Shown here: piece after piece, positions 38,540 to 47,310 of the stretch
How the letters are laid out: every line of letters begins with the position of its first letter
Position numbering within the stretch: position 1 is the first letter of the stretch
Source: Nitrospirota bacterium
GTDB taxonomy: Bacteria; Verrucomicrobiota; Verrucomicrobiia; Chthoniobacterales; UBA10450
Assembly (NCBI GenBank): GCA_050257685.1
Contig: JBLMXH010000067.1
Span: 12,229 to 76,228 of the forward strand
DNA length: 64,000 bases
Direction of reading: 5' to 3'
Notes under the pieces: model-generated
What the model saw: only the letters and a program-made list of their open reading frames with translations
Databases searched by the model: none
Told to the model about the DNA's origin: nothing
Translations under genes and position numbers: made by a program

Positions 38540-38785
38540 ATGAAAGAAGAACCGGACATGCCCCCTTCGGAAGTAGATCAGGCCCAGTTCGTCAAAGACT
38601 CGGCGCTCTACAAGGAATTCCTGGCGGAGCGCGCAGAAATTTTGAAGCACAAGTGGATCGAGAGCGAGAAAGCCGGGAAAGACATCGGCTTTGAAAGAGC
38701 TTTGCTGGATTGGATTGTGAGACATCGGTCCAACTGGCGAGAGCGACGACGAAAGGAGGCGCGCACGGAACAGGCCGCCTCCTAA
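38540..38785 (+). CDS. Small conserved hypothetical protein
   Basis: 81 aa. The motif HKWIESEKAGKDIGFERALLDWI recurs in small bacterial proteins I have seen. I cannot name the family with confidence. Confidence 0.5.
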   Translation: MKEEPDMPPSEVDQAQFVKDSALYKEFLAERAEILKHKWIESEKAGKDIGFERALLDWIVRHRSNWRERRRKEARTEQAAS

Positions 38786-38793
38786 TTTTTGTA

Positions 38794-38824
38794 CCTTTAA
38801 GGCGGTCCTGCGAGGTCGCCAAGG
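38794..38824 (+). promoter_or_regulatory. Candidate PyrR-binding hairpin overlapping the pyrR ribosome-binding site
   Basis: CCUU-UAA-GGCG-GUCCUGCGAGGU-CGCC-AAGG. The loop segment UCCUGCGAGG matches 8 of 10 positions of the PyrR box core UCCAGAGAGG. The 3' arm AAGG is part of the AAGGA Shine-Dalgarno sequence 5 nt before GTG 38830. Confidence 0.4.
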
Positions 38825-38829
38825 AAACC

Positions 38830-39384
38830 GTGAAACAAAAACAGAATTCATCCGCCGCGGTCCCGATCCTGGACGCGGAAGCAATTCGTCGCGCGCTAAG
38901 CCGAATTGCTCACGAGATCGTGGAGGGAAATTCGAATCTCCAAAGCCTGGTGCTCGCTGGAATTCCGTCGCGCGGAGTAGAGATCGCCCGCCGAATCGTG
39001 GCTTCTATTCGCGACATCGCGAACGCTGACGTCGATTCTGGCATCATCGATGTAGCGATGCATCGAGACGACGTGGGCACGCGTAGGGAATTGCCCGTGG
39101 TGCACGCATCGAACCTTCCGATACCTCTGGAAGACCGGACGGTGATCATTGTCGATGATGTCCTTTATACCGGTCGTACTGTGCGTGCAGCGATGGATGC
39201 GATTAGTTCATTCGGCCGTCCCGCGCGCATTCAACTCGCAGTCTTGATTGATCGCGGCCATCGGGAGCTGCCGATTCGTCCCGATTACGTCGGAAAAAAT
39301 TTGCCGACTGCAACGCGCGAACAGATTCAGGTCCGCCTGCAGGAAACCGACAACGAACCGGATGGGGTATGGCTGCAAAGGTAA
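38830..39384 (+). CDS. pyrR: Bifunctional pyrimidine operon regulator / uracil phosphoribosyltransferase PyrR
   Basis: The PRPP-binding motif is [21 protein letters not shown] further motif is [20 protein letters not shown]. The GTG start is preceded by AAGGAAA. Confidence 0.9.
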   Translation: MKQKQNSSAAVPILDAEAIRRALSRIAHEIVEGNSNLQSLVLAGIPSRGVEIARRIVASIRDIANADVDSGIIDVAMHRDDVGTRRELPVVHASNLPIPLEDRTVIIVDDVLYTGRTVRAAMDAISSFGRPARIQLAVLIDRGHRELPIRPDYVGKNLPTATREQIQVRLQETDNEPDGVWLQR

Positions 39385-39402
39385 TGAAGATGCGATTGGT
39401 TT

Positions 39403-39522
39403 GGGAGCGCACGTATCTTGCGTGCAATATCCGGCATCCTGCCGGATGGATTTTGCTTCAAACATTCGGAAGATGTTCGCCGCAAGATGCGGCGAACTGC
39501 ACGCTGGAAGCGTACGCTCCCC
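39403..39522. repeat. Family A inverted-repeat element, copy 3
   Basis: GGGAGCGCACGTATCTTGCGTGC...GGCATCCTGCCGGATGG...CGCCGCAAGATGCGGCGAACTGCACGCTGGAAGCGTACGCTCCCC fills the pyrR-pyrB gap. Confidence 0.85.
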
Positions 39523-39529
39523 GGATCAC

Positions 39530-40459
39530 ATGACAACGCGCTGGACACGGAAGGATTTGTTAGGCCTGCGCGAACTGACGGCGGAGGAAATCAATTTCGT
39601 CCTCGAAACAACCGATGCGTTTAAGCAGGTCGGCACGCGCGAGATCAAAAAAGTGCCTGCACTACGCGGCAAAACGCTGATCAACTTTTTTGTCGAGCCG
39701 AGCACACGTACACGCACCTCTTTTGAGCTGGCTGCATTTCGCCTGAGCGCTGACGTGATTAACATTGCGGTAACGACTTCGAGCCTGACTAAAGGCGAAA
39801 CGCTCAAGGACACCGCGCGCAATCTCGAGGCATTGCATGCCGACATTATCGTGCTGCGCCACAGCTCCGCAGGCGCGCCTCAGTTTCTGGCAAATCGATT
39901 GAAAGCGAGCGTAATCAACGCGGGCGACGGCGCGCACGAACATCCCACGCAGGCGCTTCTCGATCTCTACACGATCCGCGAGCGCAGAGGTACAGTCGCC
40001 GGGCTGCACGTCGCGATCATCGGAGATATTTTGTTCAGTCGGGTCGCGCGTTCGAACATTTTCGGCCTAATCAAGCTCGGCGCGCGCGTTACGCTCGTTG
40101 GCCCAAGCACGCTGGTGCCGCGCGAGTTTGAGAAGCTCGGCGTCGAAGTGTCGCATAGTGTTGAGGACATATTGCCCAGAGTCGATGTCGTGAATCTTTT
40201 GCGAATTCAGCACGAGCGCCAGCGCAGAGAATATTTTCCCGGGCTTGGCGAATACATCCGTTTGTTCGGCCTAACGAAAGAACGCGCGAAACTGTTGAAG
40301 CCCGACTGCCTGATCATGCATCCCGGACCGATCAACCGCGGGGTCGAAATCGACAGTGAAGTCGCCGATGGACTGCAAAGTGTGATTCTCGATCAAGTTA
40401 CCAACGGCCTCGCCGTGCGAATGGCGGTTCTTTATTTGTGTGGAGGGATCGCCACGTGA
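39530..40459 (+). CDS. pyrB: Aspartate carbamoyltransferase catalytic subunit
   Basis: Supporting motifs are [22 protein letters not shown] and [12 protein letters not shown]. Confidence 0.95.
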   Translation: MTTRWTRKDLLGLRELTAEEINFVLETTDAFKQVGTREIKKVPALRGKTLINFFVEPSTRTRTSFELAAFRLSADVINIAVTTSSLTKGETLKDTARNLEALHADIIVLRHSSAGAPQFLANRLKASVINAGDGAHEHPTQALLDLYTIRERRGTVAGLHVAIIGDILFSRVARSNIFGLIKLGARVTLVGPSTLVPREFEKLGVEVSHSVEDILPRVDVVNLLRIQHERQRREYFPGLGEYIRLFGLTKERAKLLKPDCLIMHPGPINRGVEIDSEVADGLQSVILDQVTNGLAVRMAVLYLCGGIAT

Positions 40460-40481
40460 CAACAGTGGCGACGGCATCTCT

Positions 40482-40629
40482 GGGGAGCGCACTCATCCTG
40501 AGTGCTGGTGATCGCATCTTGCGATCACGAACTTTAAAGTCAGCAAAACGAGCAGATCTCGCGGCAAGATTTCAAACAAGTTCGTCGCCGCAGGATGCGG
40601 CGACCAGCACGCTGGAAGCGTGCGCTCCC
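40482..40629. repeat. Family A inverted-repeat element, copy 4
   Basis: GGGGAGCGCACTCATCCTGAGTGCTGGTGATCGCATCTTGCGATCACG ... CGCCGCAGGATGCGGCGACCAGCACGCTGGAAGCGTGCGCTCCC fills the pyrB-pyrC gap. Confidence 0.85.
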
Positions 40630-40634
40630 GGGAG

Positions 40635-41921
40635 ATGAACGCGACCATCATTCGCAACGGTCGCGTCATCGATCCCGCGAACAAACGGGATGAAACCGCT
40701 GATCTTTACGTCGCCGGTCGAAAAATCGTCGCTTCCAGATCCGAAATTCGACTTCCGGAATCTGAAATTGAAGAGATTGACGCGCGCGGGTTGATCGTCG
40801 CGCCTGGGTTAATCGACATACACGTGCATCTCCGCGAGCCCGGATTCAGTCACAAGGAAACGATCGAGTCGGGTGCACGAGCCGCAGCGGCTGGCGGATT
40901 CACGACGATCGTTTGCATGCCGAATACTGCGCCTGTTCCGGACAATCCGGGCACGATTGCGTGGATCAAAGAGCGTGCCTCCACCGTTTCGCGCGTGAAT
41001 GTTTTGCCAACTGGCGCGATTTCAAAAAATCTCGCAGGCGAAGAACTCGCATCGATCGGTTCACTGGCACAGGCGGGGGTTGTGGCAATCACAGACGACG
41101 GTCATTGCATTCAGAATCACGAACTCATGCGGCGCGCGGTTGAATATGCGCGAATGGTTGGCGTACCTGTGCTCGACCATTGTCAGGATTATAATTTGGT
41201 CGGCAACGGCGTCGTGCATGAGGGCTATTGGAGCACATTGCTTGGCCTACCCGGCTGGCCCGCGGCCGGTGAAGAAGCGATAGTGATGCGGAATATTTTG
41301 CTCGCGGATCTGTGCGATCATCAGATCCATTGCCAGCACATCTCGACTGCAGGCAGTGTGCGGTTGATTCGTGAAGCTCGGGAGCGAGGCGTGAAAATCA
41401 GCGGCGAAGTTTGTCCCCATCATATCGCGCTCACCGACGATGCGATTCAAAATTTCGATACGAATTACAAAATGAATCCACCGCTGCGATCCCAGAACCA
41501 CGTTGATGCGCTGCTGGAAGGAATCGCTGATGGAACCCTTTCGATCTTGTGTTCTGATCACGCGCCGCATGCCAATTTCGAGAAGGAGGTCGAATTCGAT
41601 GCAGCCCCATTTGGGATCGTTGGGTTGGAGACGGAGCTCGGCTTATTTCTCGATCTGCTCGTGCATCGACATCGCACAATCGAGGTCGCGCGTTTGATCG
41701 AGATGTACACAGTCGAGCCGTCGCAATTGTTGAAGATTGACGCCGGCACGTTGTCGCCGGGCGTACGCGCTGATGTAACGCTCATTGATCCGGAATTGGA
41801 GTGGACCGTGAAGGTTGATCAATTTCACTCAGGGTCGCGCAATTCGCCATTCGACGGCTGGAAACTCAAAGGCCGCGCCGTGCGGACAATTGTTGCAGGG
41901 AAAACGGTTTGGAAATTATAA
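40635..41921 (+). CDS. pyrC: Dihydroorotase
   Basis: The metal-ligand motif is DIHVHLREPG. Further motifs are CMPNT and SDHAPH. An alternative GTG start at 40620 lies inside repeat A4. Confidence 0.95.
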   Translation: MNATIIRNGRVIDPANKRDETADLYVAGRKIVASRSEIRLPESEIEEIDARGLIVAPGLIDIHVHLREPGFSHKETIESGARAAAAGGFTTIVCMPNTAPVPDNPGTIAWIKERASTVSRVNVLPTGAISKNLAGEELASIGSLAQAGVVAITDDGHCIQNHELMRRAVEYARMVGVPVLDHCQDYNLVGNGVVHEGYWSTLLGLPGWPAAGEEAIVMRNILLADLCDHQIHCQHISTAGSVRLIREARERGVKISGEVCPHHIALTDDAIQNFDTNYKMNPPLRSQNHVDALLEGIADGTLSILCSDHAPHANFEKEVEFDAAPFGIVGLETELGLFLDLLVHRHRTIEVARLIEMYTVEPSQLLKIDAGTLSPGVRADVTLIDPELEWTVKVDQFHSGSRNSPFDGWKLKGRAVRTIVAGKTVWKL

Positions 41922-41925
41922 GGTC

Positions 41926-42069
41926 GTCATTCCGACCGAAGCGTAGCGGAGTGGAGGCTGCAACGCAGCCCGAAAGCTGTCGGGCGAGGCCAGGCTTTCA
42001 ATCCCGTTGCGATACCCTGAGCTTGTTCCGCGGGATCCCTCGACTTCGCTCGGGTCGGCGGAACCCGAC
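41926..42069. repeat. Family B inverted-repeat element, copy 5 (long subtype)
   Basis: GTCATTCCGACCGAAGCG...GAGGCTGCAACGCAGCCCGAAAGC...GCGAGGCCAGGCTTTCAATCCCG...CTCGACTTCGCTCGGGTCGG sits between the convergent pyrC and CBS genes. Confidence 0.8.
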
Positions 42070-42521
42070 TACCCCGCGGCGAATCCGCCGTGAATGTAGC
42101 TTTCCAGATGGGCAATTGCTGCTTGCTGGCAGGAAATCACGTGTTTCACCAAATCGCCGATTGAGATGACCCCGACGACGTTGTCACCATCAAGCACGGG
42201 CAAGTGGCGAATGTGTCGGTCTGTCATGAGGTGCAAACATGTCTCGACACCCTCGCGTCGATTGGTTGTGAACACAGTCGCTGACATAATTTCTGCGACT
42301 TTAGTTTCACGGGAACGTTTGCCGCGCAGCATAATCTTGCGCGTGTAATCGCGCTCGGAAATGATCCCTACCAAGCGCTCCCCGTCCATTACCAGCAACG
42401 CGCCGACGTTCTTCGTGTCCATCAATTGCACGGCTTCGAACACTGTCGCGTTCGGCGACACTGAGTAAATCTCTTTGCTTTTCTGATTCAGAACTGCGCC
42501 GATCGTGCCGCTAACATCCAT
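42069..42521 (-). CDS. CBS domain pair protein
   Basis: Two CBS repeats are present (VGALLVMDGERLVGIISERD and RHLPVLDGDNVVGVISIGD). Confidence 0.85.
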   Translation of the reverse strand: MDVSGTIGAVLNQKSKEIYSVSPNATVFEAVQLMDTKNVGALLVMDGERLVGIISERDYTRKIMLRGKRSRETKVAEIMSATVFTTNRREGVETCLHLMTDRHIRHLPVLDGDNVVGVISIGDLVKHVISCQQAAIAHLESYIHGGFAAG

Positions 42522-42599
42522 ATCATGTAGTCGTCAAGACTCGAAGAACATACGGCAATCCGGCCCTGAGAGGCAAAGCAATTCTCGTTCTTCAAATCT

Positions 42600-42701
42600 T
42601 TAGCGCCAAAGGCGCAAAACTCAACGGCAGCCTGAGGCAATGCCTAAAAGATTCCTGCGGCGATGCCCGCGGCTAGGATGAGAACGCGCCTTTGGCGCTA
42701 A
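42600..42701. repeat. Pair of identical small hairpins in inverted orientation
   Basis: TTAGCGCCAAAGGCGC lies at 42600-42615 and its reverse complement GCGCCTTTGGCGCTAA at 42686-42701. The second copy lies inside the 3' end of the next CDS. Confidence 0.5.
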
Positions 42702-43350
42702 CATGTGGTCGAGAAACTGCAGCATATCTCCGGGGGGCGAGTTTCGGCGGCCGTTTCCCGTTCACGATTGCGCCGGCCACCGGGATGTACGAAAGTTCCT
42801 GACGATCCGCGGCGCAACGCAACGTCAAGCCGCCGCGACTCATGTCACCCCGGCCGACAAAATCCGCGGGAAATCGCAGGCGCTCGCCAAAGTTGGCTAG
42901 CAACACGTCGATGTATTTGCCGGTGGCGATGCTGCCGAGAAGAATCACTTCACTTTGCATCGGTAATTCCGTTGCCAGATGTCGCGCGTCGCGCTCGACC
43001 GGCATTCGGTAGCGCGGATCGTCCTTATGAATGTCGACCTCCGCAAATTCGCGCAGGTCATCAAGATGAATTCGTGTTCGCGCATCGATTAATCCGCGTG
43101 TCGGCGTTATTACAAGCACACCTGATGTTCCCCGCGCCGGCCGCGCAAACACGTTAGCGTAAGCAATTTTTCCCCGAAAATAGAGGCCGCTCAGAAAGGT
43201 GAACACGTCAGCGATCGGCGCGCCACGTTTCGCGCGCAACTTTCGAGCAAGCGGAAATTGCGCCTGATCGCGCAAGATCATTCGGGCTCGTTCACCCCCG
43301 GCGTAAGCGGGCGAGAGAAGAAAAATCCGATGGCCGCTTGCGCGTTCCAT
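42673..43350 (-). CDS. Conserved hypothetical protein (unassigned family)
   Basis: The motifs FLLSPAYAGGERA, FLSGLYFRGKIAYA, ILLGSIATGKYIDVL and FVGRGDMSRGGL resemble a hypothetical family I recall from Proteobacteria, with no known function. The start is either ATG 43350, 13 nt after the upstream stop, or ATG 43395. Confidence 0.55.
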   Translation of the reverse strand: MERASGHRIFLLSPAYAGGERARMILRDQAQFPLARKLRAKRGAPIADVFTFLSGLYFRGKIAYANVFARPARGTSGVLVITPTRGLIDARTRIHLDDLREFAEVDIHKDDPRYRMPVERDARHLATELPMQSEVILLGSIATGKYIDVLLANFGERLRFPADFVGRGDMSRGGLTLRCAADRQELSYIPVAGAIVNGKRPPKLAPRRYAAVSRPHVSAKGAFSS

Positions 43351-43363
43351 TTGCTCACGAGCA

Positions 43364-45058
43364 TTAGACGTGACTTGAACGTTTTGGTTGTTCATTAAGT
43401 CCCGAAGTATGCAGACGGCCTGATTGATGCAATAAACCATCCATGATTCCTCCAAACAAAATGGAGAGTGACACAATTGTGAGCTCCCACATTGGAAGTG
43501 TGTAACGCGGCTGGAATATAGCTAAAAGGCAGTTTGCGAGCATTATTAATATCGCGATCACGATCAGTGCAATAGCGAATGAGGCAACCCCGGCAATGTC
43601 TAGCTTGCGGATCTTTGCGACTGCAAGGAACGCAGCGAGAAGTACGATCCAGATGACCAAAAAGGCACGGTAACTCACGTTTTTCAGATGCCGAAAATAG
43701 GAGTGTTTCTTGAAAATCGCGAAGATCTGGTCCGCGTTCTTGTCGCGGAATGTAATCAGAGATGCGTATTGAGGCATTACGTCACGATGGGAAAAGTAAA
43801 ACCTTGTAGTTACAAAGAGGAAAGCCACTACCTCAGGAATCGTTATTTCTTGAGATCTTTTGAAATCCGTCGCAATCGCCCTCACGAAGAGTTGTTCAGG
43901 TGGCCAAAGGAAAGCCCGGACCGTGCCGTTGAGCGCACTATCGACTCTCTGCTGCTCGGCGAGGGTCCCTGGAGGCGGGAAGAACGCCGCTCGCGCGTTT
44001 TTTATTAAAGCGCCCTGGTTCCAATTGGCAATCCCGCCTGCGGATTCCTTTCGCAACACGGAAATCACGTTTTTAACGTCTGCCGAGCCTGCGTTTTTTG
44101 TCGCCCCATCAAGTAGCTGATTTCGCTGTTCAAGGGGTAGCGCCGCAAGAAACTTCAATCTGCCAATGAAGGCGAAACCGGCTACAGAGTGGTAAGGAAT
44201 ATTTGCTGCGTAGCACAACGCTCTTAAGGATGCATTCGCGAGCGTGATGCACGAAAGACCGATAACAACAGCAATGGTCGCGTTTCGGAGCGCTTGCTGC
44301 CACCGTAGTCGGTTCCACCGGCGAACGGATTGTGATCGAGCGAATCTGAGCCCGATCAAACGACATATACTCAGCACGATAAAAGTCAGGGGGAGGAGCG
44401 CAGCCAGAGCGGCGTTGATATGGCGGGTCAGAATACAGAGCCATAAAAGCAGGCCGAATAGAATCCACTCTATCTTGGGAATCGTGCGGGAATGCTGAAT
44501 GATCTTTAGCCCTGTTGCGCCGACCAGAATCGTAAGAATCATGCTGAGTGTTTCACCCCCTACACAATGCGCAAAGCTAAATAAAAGCGGATTGGCGGCC
44601 CAGGCGATGGCTAGAGTAACACGAACCCAAAAGATTCCGGTAACTACAGTGATTAAATAAAACGCGGCAAAACAAAGCGCGACATGTTGTACAAGGAGCA
44701 ATAGAAAGACGCCCGAATCGGTTAAAACCGGATGAATAAAAAAAACAAGGTCCGGTAAGGTATGCCCCGCTCGGACGCAGTCGCTGGCGTAGCCGATATA
44801 AAGTGGAATCCTCGCCAGGAAACAGTACAGCGGCCCATATTGTAGGATAGTTTCACCTCCGGGCGGCCGCGTTACTTGCAAATAGGCATCAACGTCTCTC
44901 CAAAGCGGCGGGATTGCAGCTAACATCCAGATTGACGGTGTTAGTAGGATCGCAACCAGTACAAGTGATAGACACAGCTTAGGCAGACCTATTTCGTCGA
45001 TTTGTCGGCAACGGCATCCTTTTGTGTTCGATAATGTCACGGCAAGCAGCGAGCGCAC
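43364..45058 (-). CDS. Large polytopic membrane protein, possibly a GT-C-type glycosyltransferase
   Basis: 564 aa with at least 11 hydrophobic segments. An acidic motif, WRDVDAY, follows the first TM helix, and there is a large soluble loop after the middle of the protein. Family assignment is not possible by eye. Confidence 0.45.
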   Translation of the reverse strand: MRSLLAVTLSNTKGCRCRQIDEIGLPKLCLSLVLVAILLTPSIWMLAAIPPLWRDVDAYLQVTRPPGGETILQYGPLYCFLARIPLYIGYASDCVRAGHTLPDLVFFIHPVLTDSGVFLLLLVQHVALCFAAFYLITVVTGIFWVRVTLAIAWAANPLLFSFAHCVGGETLSMILTILVGATGLKIIQHSRTIPKIEWILFGLLLWLCILTRHINAALAALLPLTFIVLSICRLIGLRFARSQSVRRWNRLRWQQALRNATIAVVIGLSCITLANASLRALCYAANIPYHSVAGFAFIGRLKFLAALPLEQRNQLLDGATKNAGSADVKNVISVLRKESAGGIANWNQGALIKNARAAFFPPPGTLAEQQRVDSALNGTVRAFLWPPEQLFVRAIATDFKRSQEITIPEVVAFLFVTTRFYFSHRDVMPQYASLITFRDKNADQIFAIFKKHSYFRHLKNVSYRAFLVIWIVLLAAFLAVAKIRKLDIAGVASFAIALIVIAILIMLANCLLAIFQPRYTLPMWELTIVSLSILFGGIMDGLLHQSGRLHTSGLNEQPKRSSHV

Positions 45059-45221
45059 TGACGGTTTTGATAGGGCTTTGGTAAATTTAAATCGAGCGGT
45101 AGCGAGACTGCCACATCGTGTGATCTAGCTTTCAGCCAAGATCGCAAATTGATCGTCCACTTAGAATTGGCATTGTTCGTTCGAGCTTGCTTTTTAAGTC
45201 CATAATGGAAAATATGCGTGG

Positions 45222-46226
45222 ATGCGGTGGAGCTGGCCATTCAAATCGCCCAACGGTAATCGTCGGAATGGTCATGATAAGAACGGCTACCACCGTAACG
45301 GCGATACCGGTAACGGACACGAGCCCAATTGGATGATCGGTGATGCACGTCCCGACTTCCTGTGCGTCGGGGCACAGAAAGCCGGAACGTCCTGGCTATA
45401 TCGGCAGCTTGAGCGGCATCCTGATTTCTGGATGCCGCCGCTGAAAGAATTGCATTACCTGGATCAGTTAAGCAAAACGAAAGGGATTCATGGTCCGCGT
45501 TGCGGCGATAACCGCGATGCGTCTTTTATGGACAGCATGCAAAACCTGCGTGGCCGATTTTATCTTGATCTGGATACCTACGGCCGGCTCTTTCAACACA
45601 AAGGCGAGCGCCTCTCTGGCGACATCTCACCGGCTTACTCAACATTAAATGATGAAATTATAGAGCGAGTTGTTGATCATTTTGCCAACCTGAAGGTGGT
45701 ATTTCTTGCTCGCGACCCGGTTGAGAGAGCGTGGTCGCAATTGTCCATGGGTGTGCGGCTCGGAATGATTGCTCGTTTCGACGCCACGGATCCCGAGGAA
45801 GTCGTTTGCAATTTGCTCAACCCAGGCGTGCTAGTCCGATCGCATCCCAGCAAAATTGTTGCGCGCTGGAAGCGTTATGTTCGTCCAGAAAACTTCCGCG
45901 TCTATTTCTTCGATGATCTAGAGGAAAATCCCGCTGGGCTCCGGCGATCAATTCTTCTTTTTCTGGGGGGCGACCCGGACAAGCCAAGCGGCGGATTAAA
46001 AGCGAACGAGAATAACGATGCAGGTCGCGACAAGCTCCGGCTCAGCGCAAGAGTGCGCGACCGTATGGCGCGATTTTTCGAACATGAACTGAAAGCGTGT
46101 GCCTCGGAACTTGGCGGGCGCGCGAAAAGCTGGCCGACGCGGTACGGCTTTTCAATGCTCTTATTCATCTGGGACCTGCTGGACGACAGCATCGATCTCC
46201 TCTTCTGGTGTGATTGGATTTGCTGA
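45222..46226 (+). CDS. Sulfotransferase family protein (paralog 1)
   Basis: The PAPS 5'-phosphosulfate-binding loop reads PDFLCVGAQKAGTSWLY. The 3'-phosphate region reads VFLARDPVERAWS. The C-terminal tail is hydrophobic. Confidence 0.8.
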   Translation: MRWSWPFKSPNGNRRNGHDKNGYHRNGDTGNGHEPNWMIGDARPDFLCVGAQKAGTSWLYRQLERHPDFWMPPLKELHYLDQLSKTKGIHGPRCGDNRDASFMDSMQNLRGRFYLDLDTYGRLFQHKGERLSGDISPAYSTLNDEIIERVVDHFANLKVVFLARDPVERAWSQLSMGVRLGMIARFDATDPEEVVCNLLNPGVLVRSHPSKIVARWKRYVRPENFRVYFFDDLEENPAGLRRSILLFLGGDPDKPSGGLKANENNDAGRDKLRLSARVRDRMARFFEHELKACASELGGRAKSWPTRYGFSMLLFIWDLLDDSIDLLFWCDWIC

Positions 46227-46275
46227 CGTTTCCCACGTTCTCGCCTTTTCGAAGTCAAAAGAAAAATTATGAGCC

Positions 46276-47220
46276 ATGAGATGGACTTGGCCGCTCAACG
46301 CTCGCAGCAGCAACGCCCAACACCAAAACAGCAACCGCTCCGGCGCCAACGGGGCAGGGCCCGATTTCTTATGTGTCGGAGTACATAAGGGCGGAACAAC
46401 CTGGCTGTACCAACAACTCGACTGCCATCCCGATTTCTGGATGCCTCCTTTAAAGGAGCTGCATTATTTTGATCAATTGAGCAGAGTCCAACGCTCATCT
46501 TCTCCGCGCTGTAGAGACGAGCGCGATCGGCGATTCCTCGAGAGTATAAATAGCCTCAGTGCCAAACCGTACCTCGATTTCGAGCATTATGCCCGATTGT
46601 TTGAACCGAAAGGACCGCTGCTTTCCGGTGATATTTCGCCAAACTATTCAATACTGACCAAAGAAGTCATTCGGCGTGTCGTCAGATATTTTCCGAATCT
46701 AAAAGTGATTTTTCTTGCGCGTGATCCGGTGGAGCGACTGTGGTCGCACTTATCCATGGAAGTGCAGTACCATCAAATCGAACCGTTCGACGTAACCGAT
46801 ATTGACGAAATTGATCGGAATTTGCTCCGGCGAGGGCTGCTCTTGCGTTCGTACCCCAGTGCGATCGCTGCGCGGTGGAAACGTCATGTTCATCCGGATC
46901 GGTTTCGCATCTTTTTCTTCGACGACCTGCAAAGGAATCCGGCTGAACTGCGGCGCAGAATCCTCGATTTCCTGGGTGCTGATCCGGACAAAGCAGACAC
47001 GGGGGTTCCGGCGGACTACAACAGTTGGGAGAGGGCGGGAAAGCTTCCGCTTAGCGATAAAGTTCGGTCGCATTTAGCTCAGTTTTTCAAGAAAGAACTG
47101 AAGAGTTGTGCGGCGCGTCTCGGCGGGGCGGCCAGAAATTGGCCGGCCCGGTACGGCTTTTCACTGCTCCTAGTTGTCTGGGCTCTACTGGGAGACAGCA
47201 TCAATCTCTTTTTGTGGTAG
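46276..47220 (+). CDS. Sulfotransferase family protein (paralog 2)
   Basis: Supporting motifs are PDFLCVGVHKGGTTWLY and IFLARDPVERLWS. It looks roughly half identical to paralog 1 by eye over the full length, including the MRW(S/T)WP N-terminus. Confidence 0.8.
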   Translation: MRWTWPLNARSSNAQHQNSNRSGANGAGPDFLCVGVHKGGTTWLYQQLDCHPDFWMPPLKELHYFDQLSRVQRSSSPRCRDERDRRFLESINSLSAKPYLDFEHYARLFEPKGPLLSGDISPNYSILTKEVIRRVVRYFPNLKVIFLARDPVERLWSHLSMEVQYHQIEPFDVTDIDEIDRNLLRRGLLLRSYPSAIAARWKRHVHPDRFRIFFFDDLQRNPAELRRRILDFLGADPDKADTGVPADYNSWERAGKLPLSDKVRSHLAQFFKKELKSCAARLGGAARNWPARYGFSLLLVVWALLGDSINLFLW

Positions 47221-47234
47221 GACTTAATCGCGAA

Positions 47235-47303
47235 GGTAGGGCGGGCAGTCCTCTGCACGCCGTCAACTTTCCAAAACGGCGCACACGGAGTGACGCGCCA
47301 ACC
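47235..47303. repeat. Family C inverted-repeat element, copy 3
   Basis: GGTAGGGCGGGCAGTCCTCTGCACGCCG ... GGAGTGACGCGCCAACC has a degenerate right end. Confidence 0.7.
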
Positions 47304-47310
47304 ATACACG

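Noticed and set aside
38710-38829. Listed long form of the pyrR ORF starting at 38710 and overlapping the small upstream ORF.
   Set aside because: The N-terminal extension has no similarity to PyrR and overlaps a better small ORF. GTG 38830 is preceded by AAGGAAA and gives a canonical PyrR length of 184 aa.
35970-40629. Possibility that the family A repeats form a CRISPR array.
   Set aside because: The copies are 110-150 nt long and internally palindromic. They are separated by whole genes rather than by uniform 30-40 nt spacers, and no cas genes are present.
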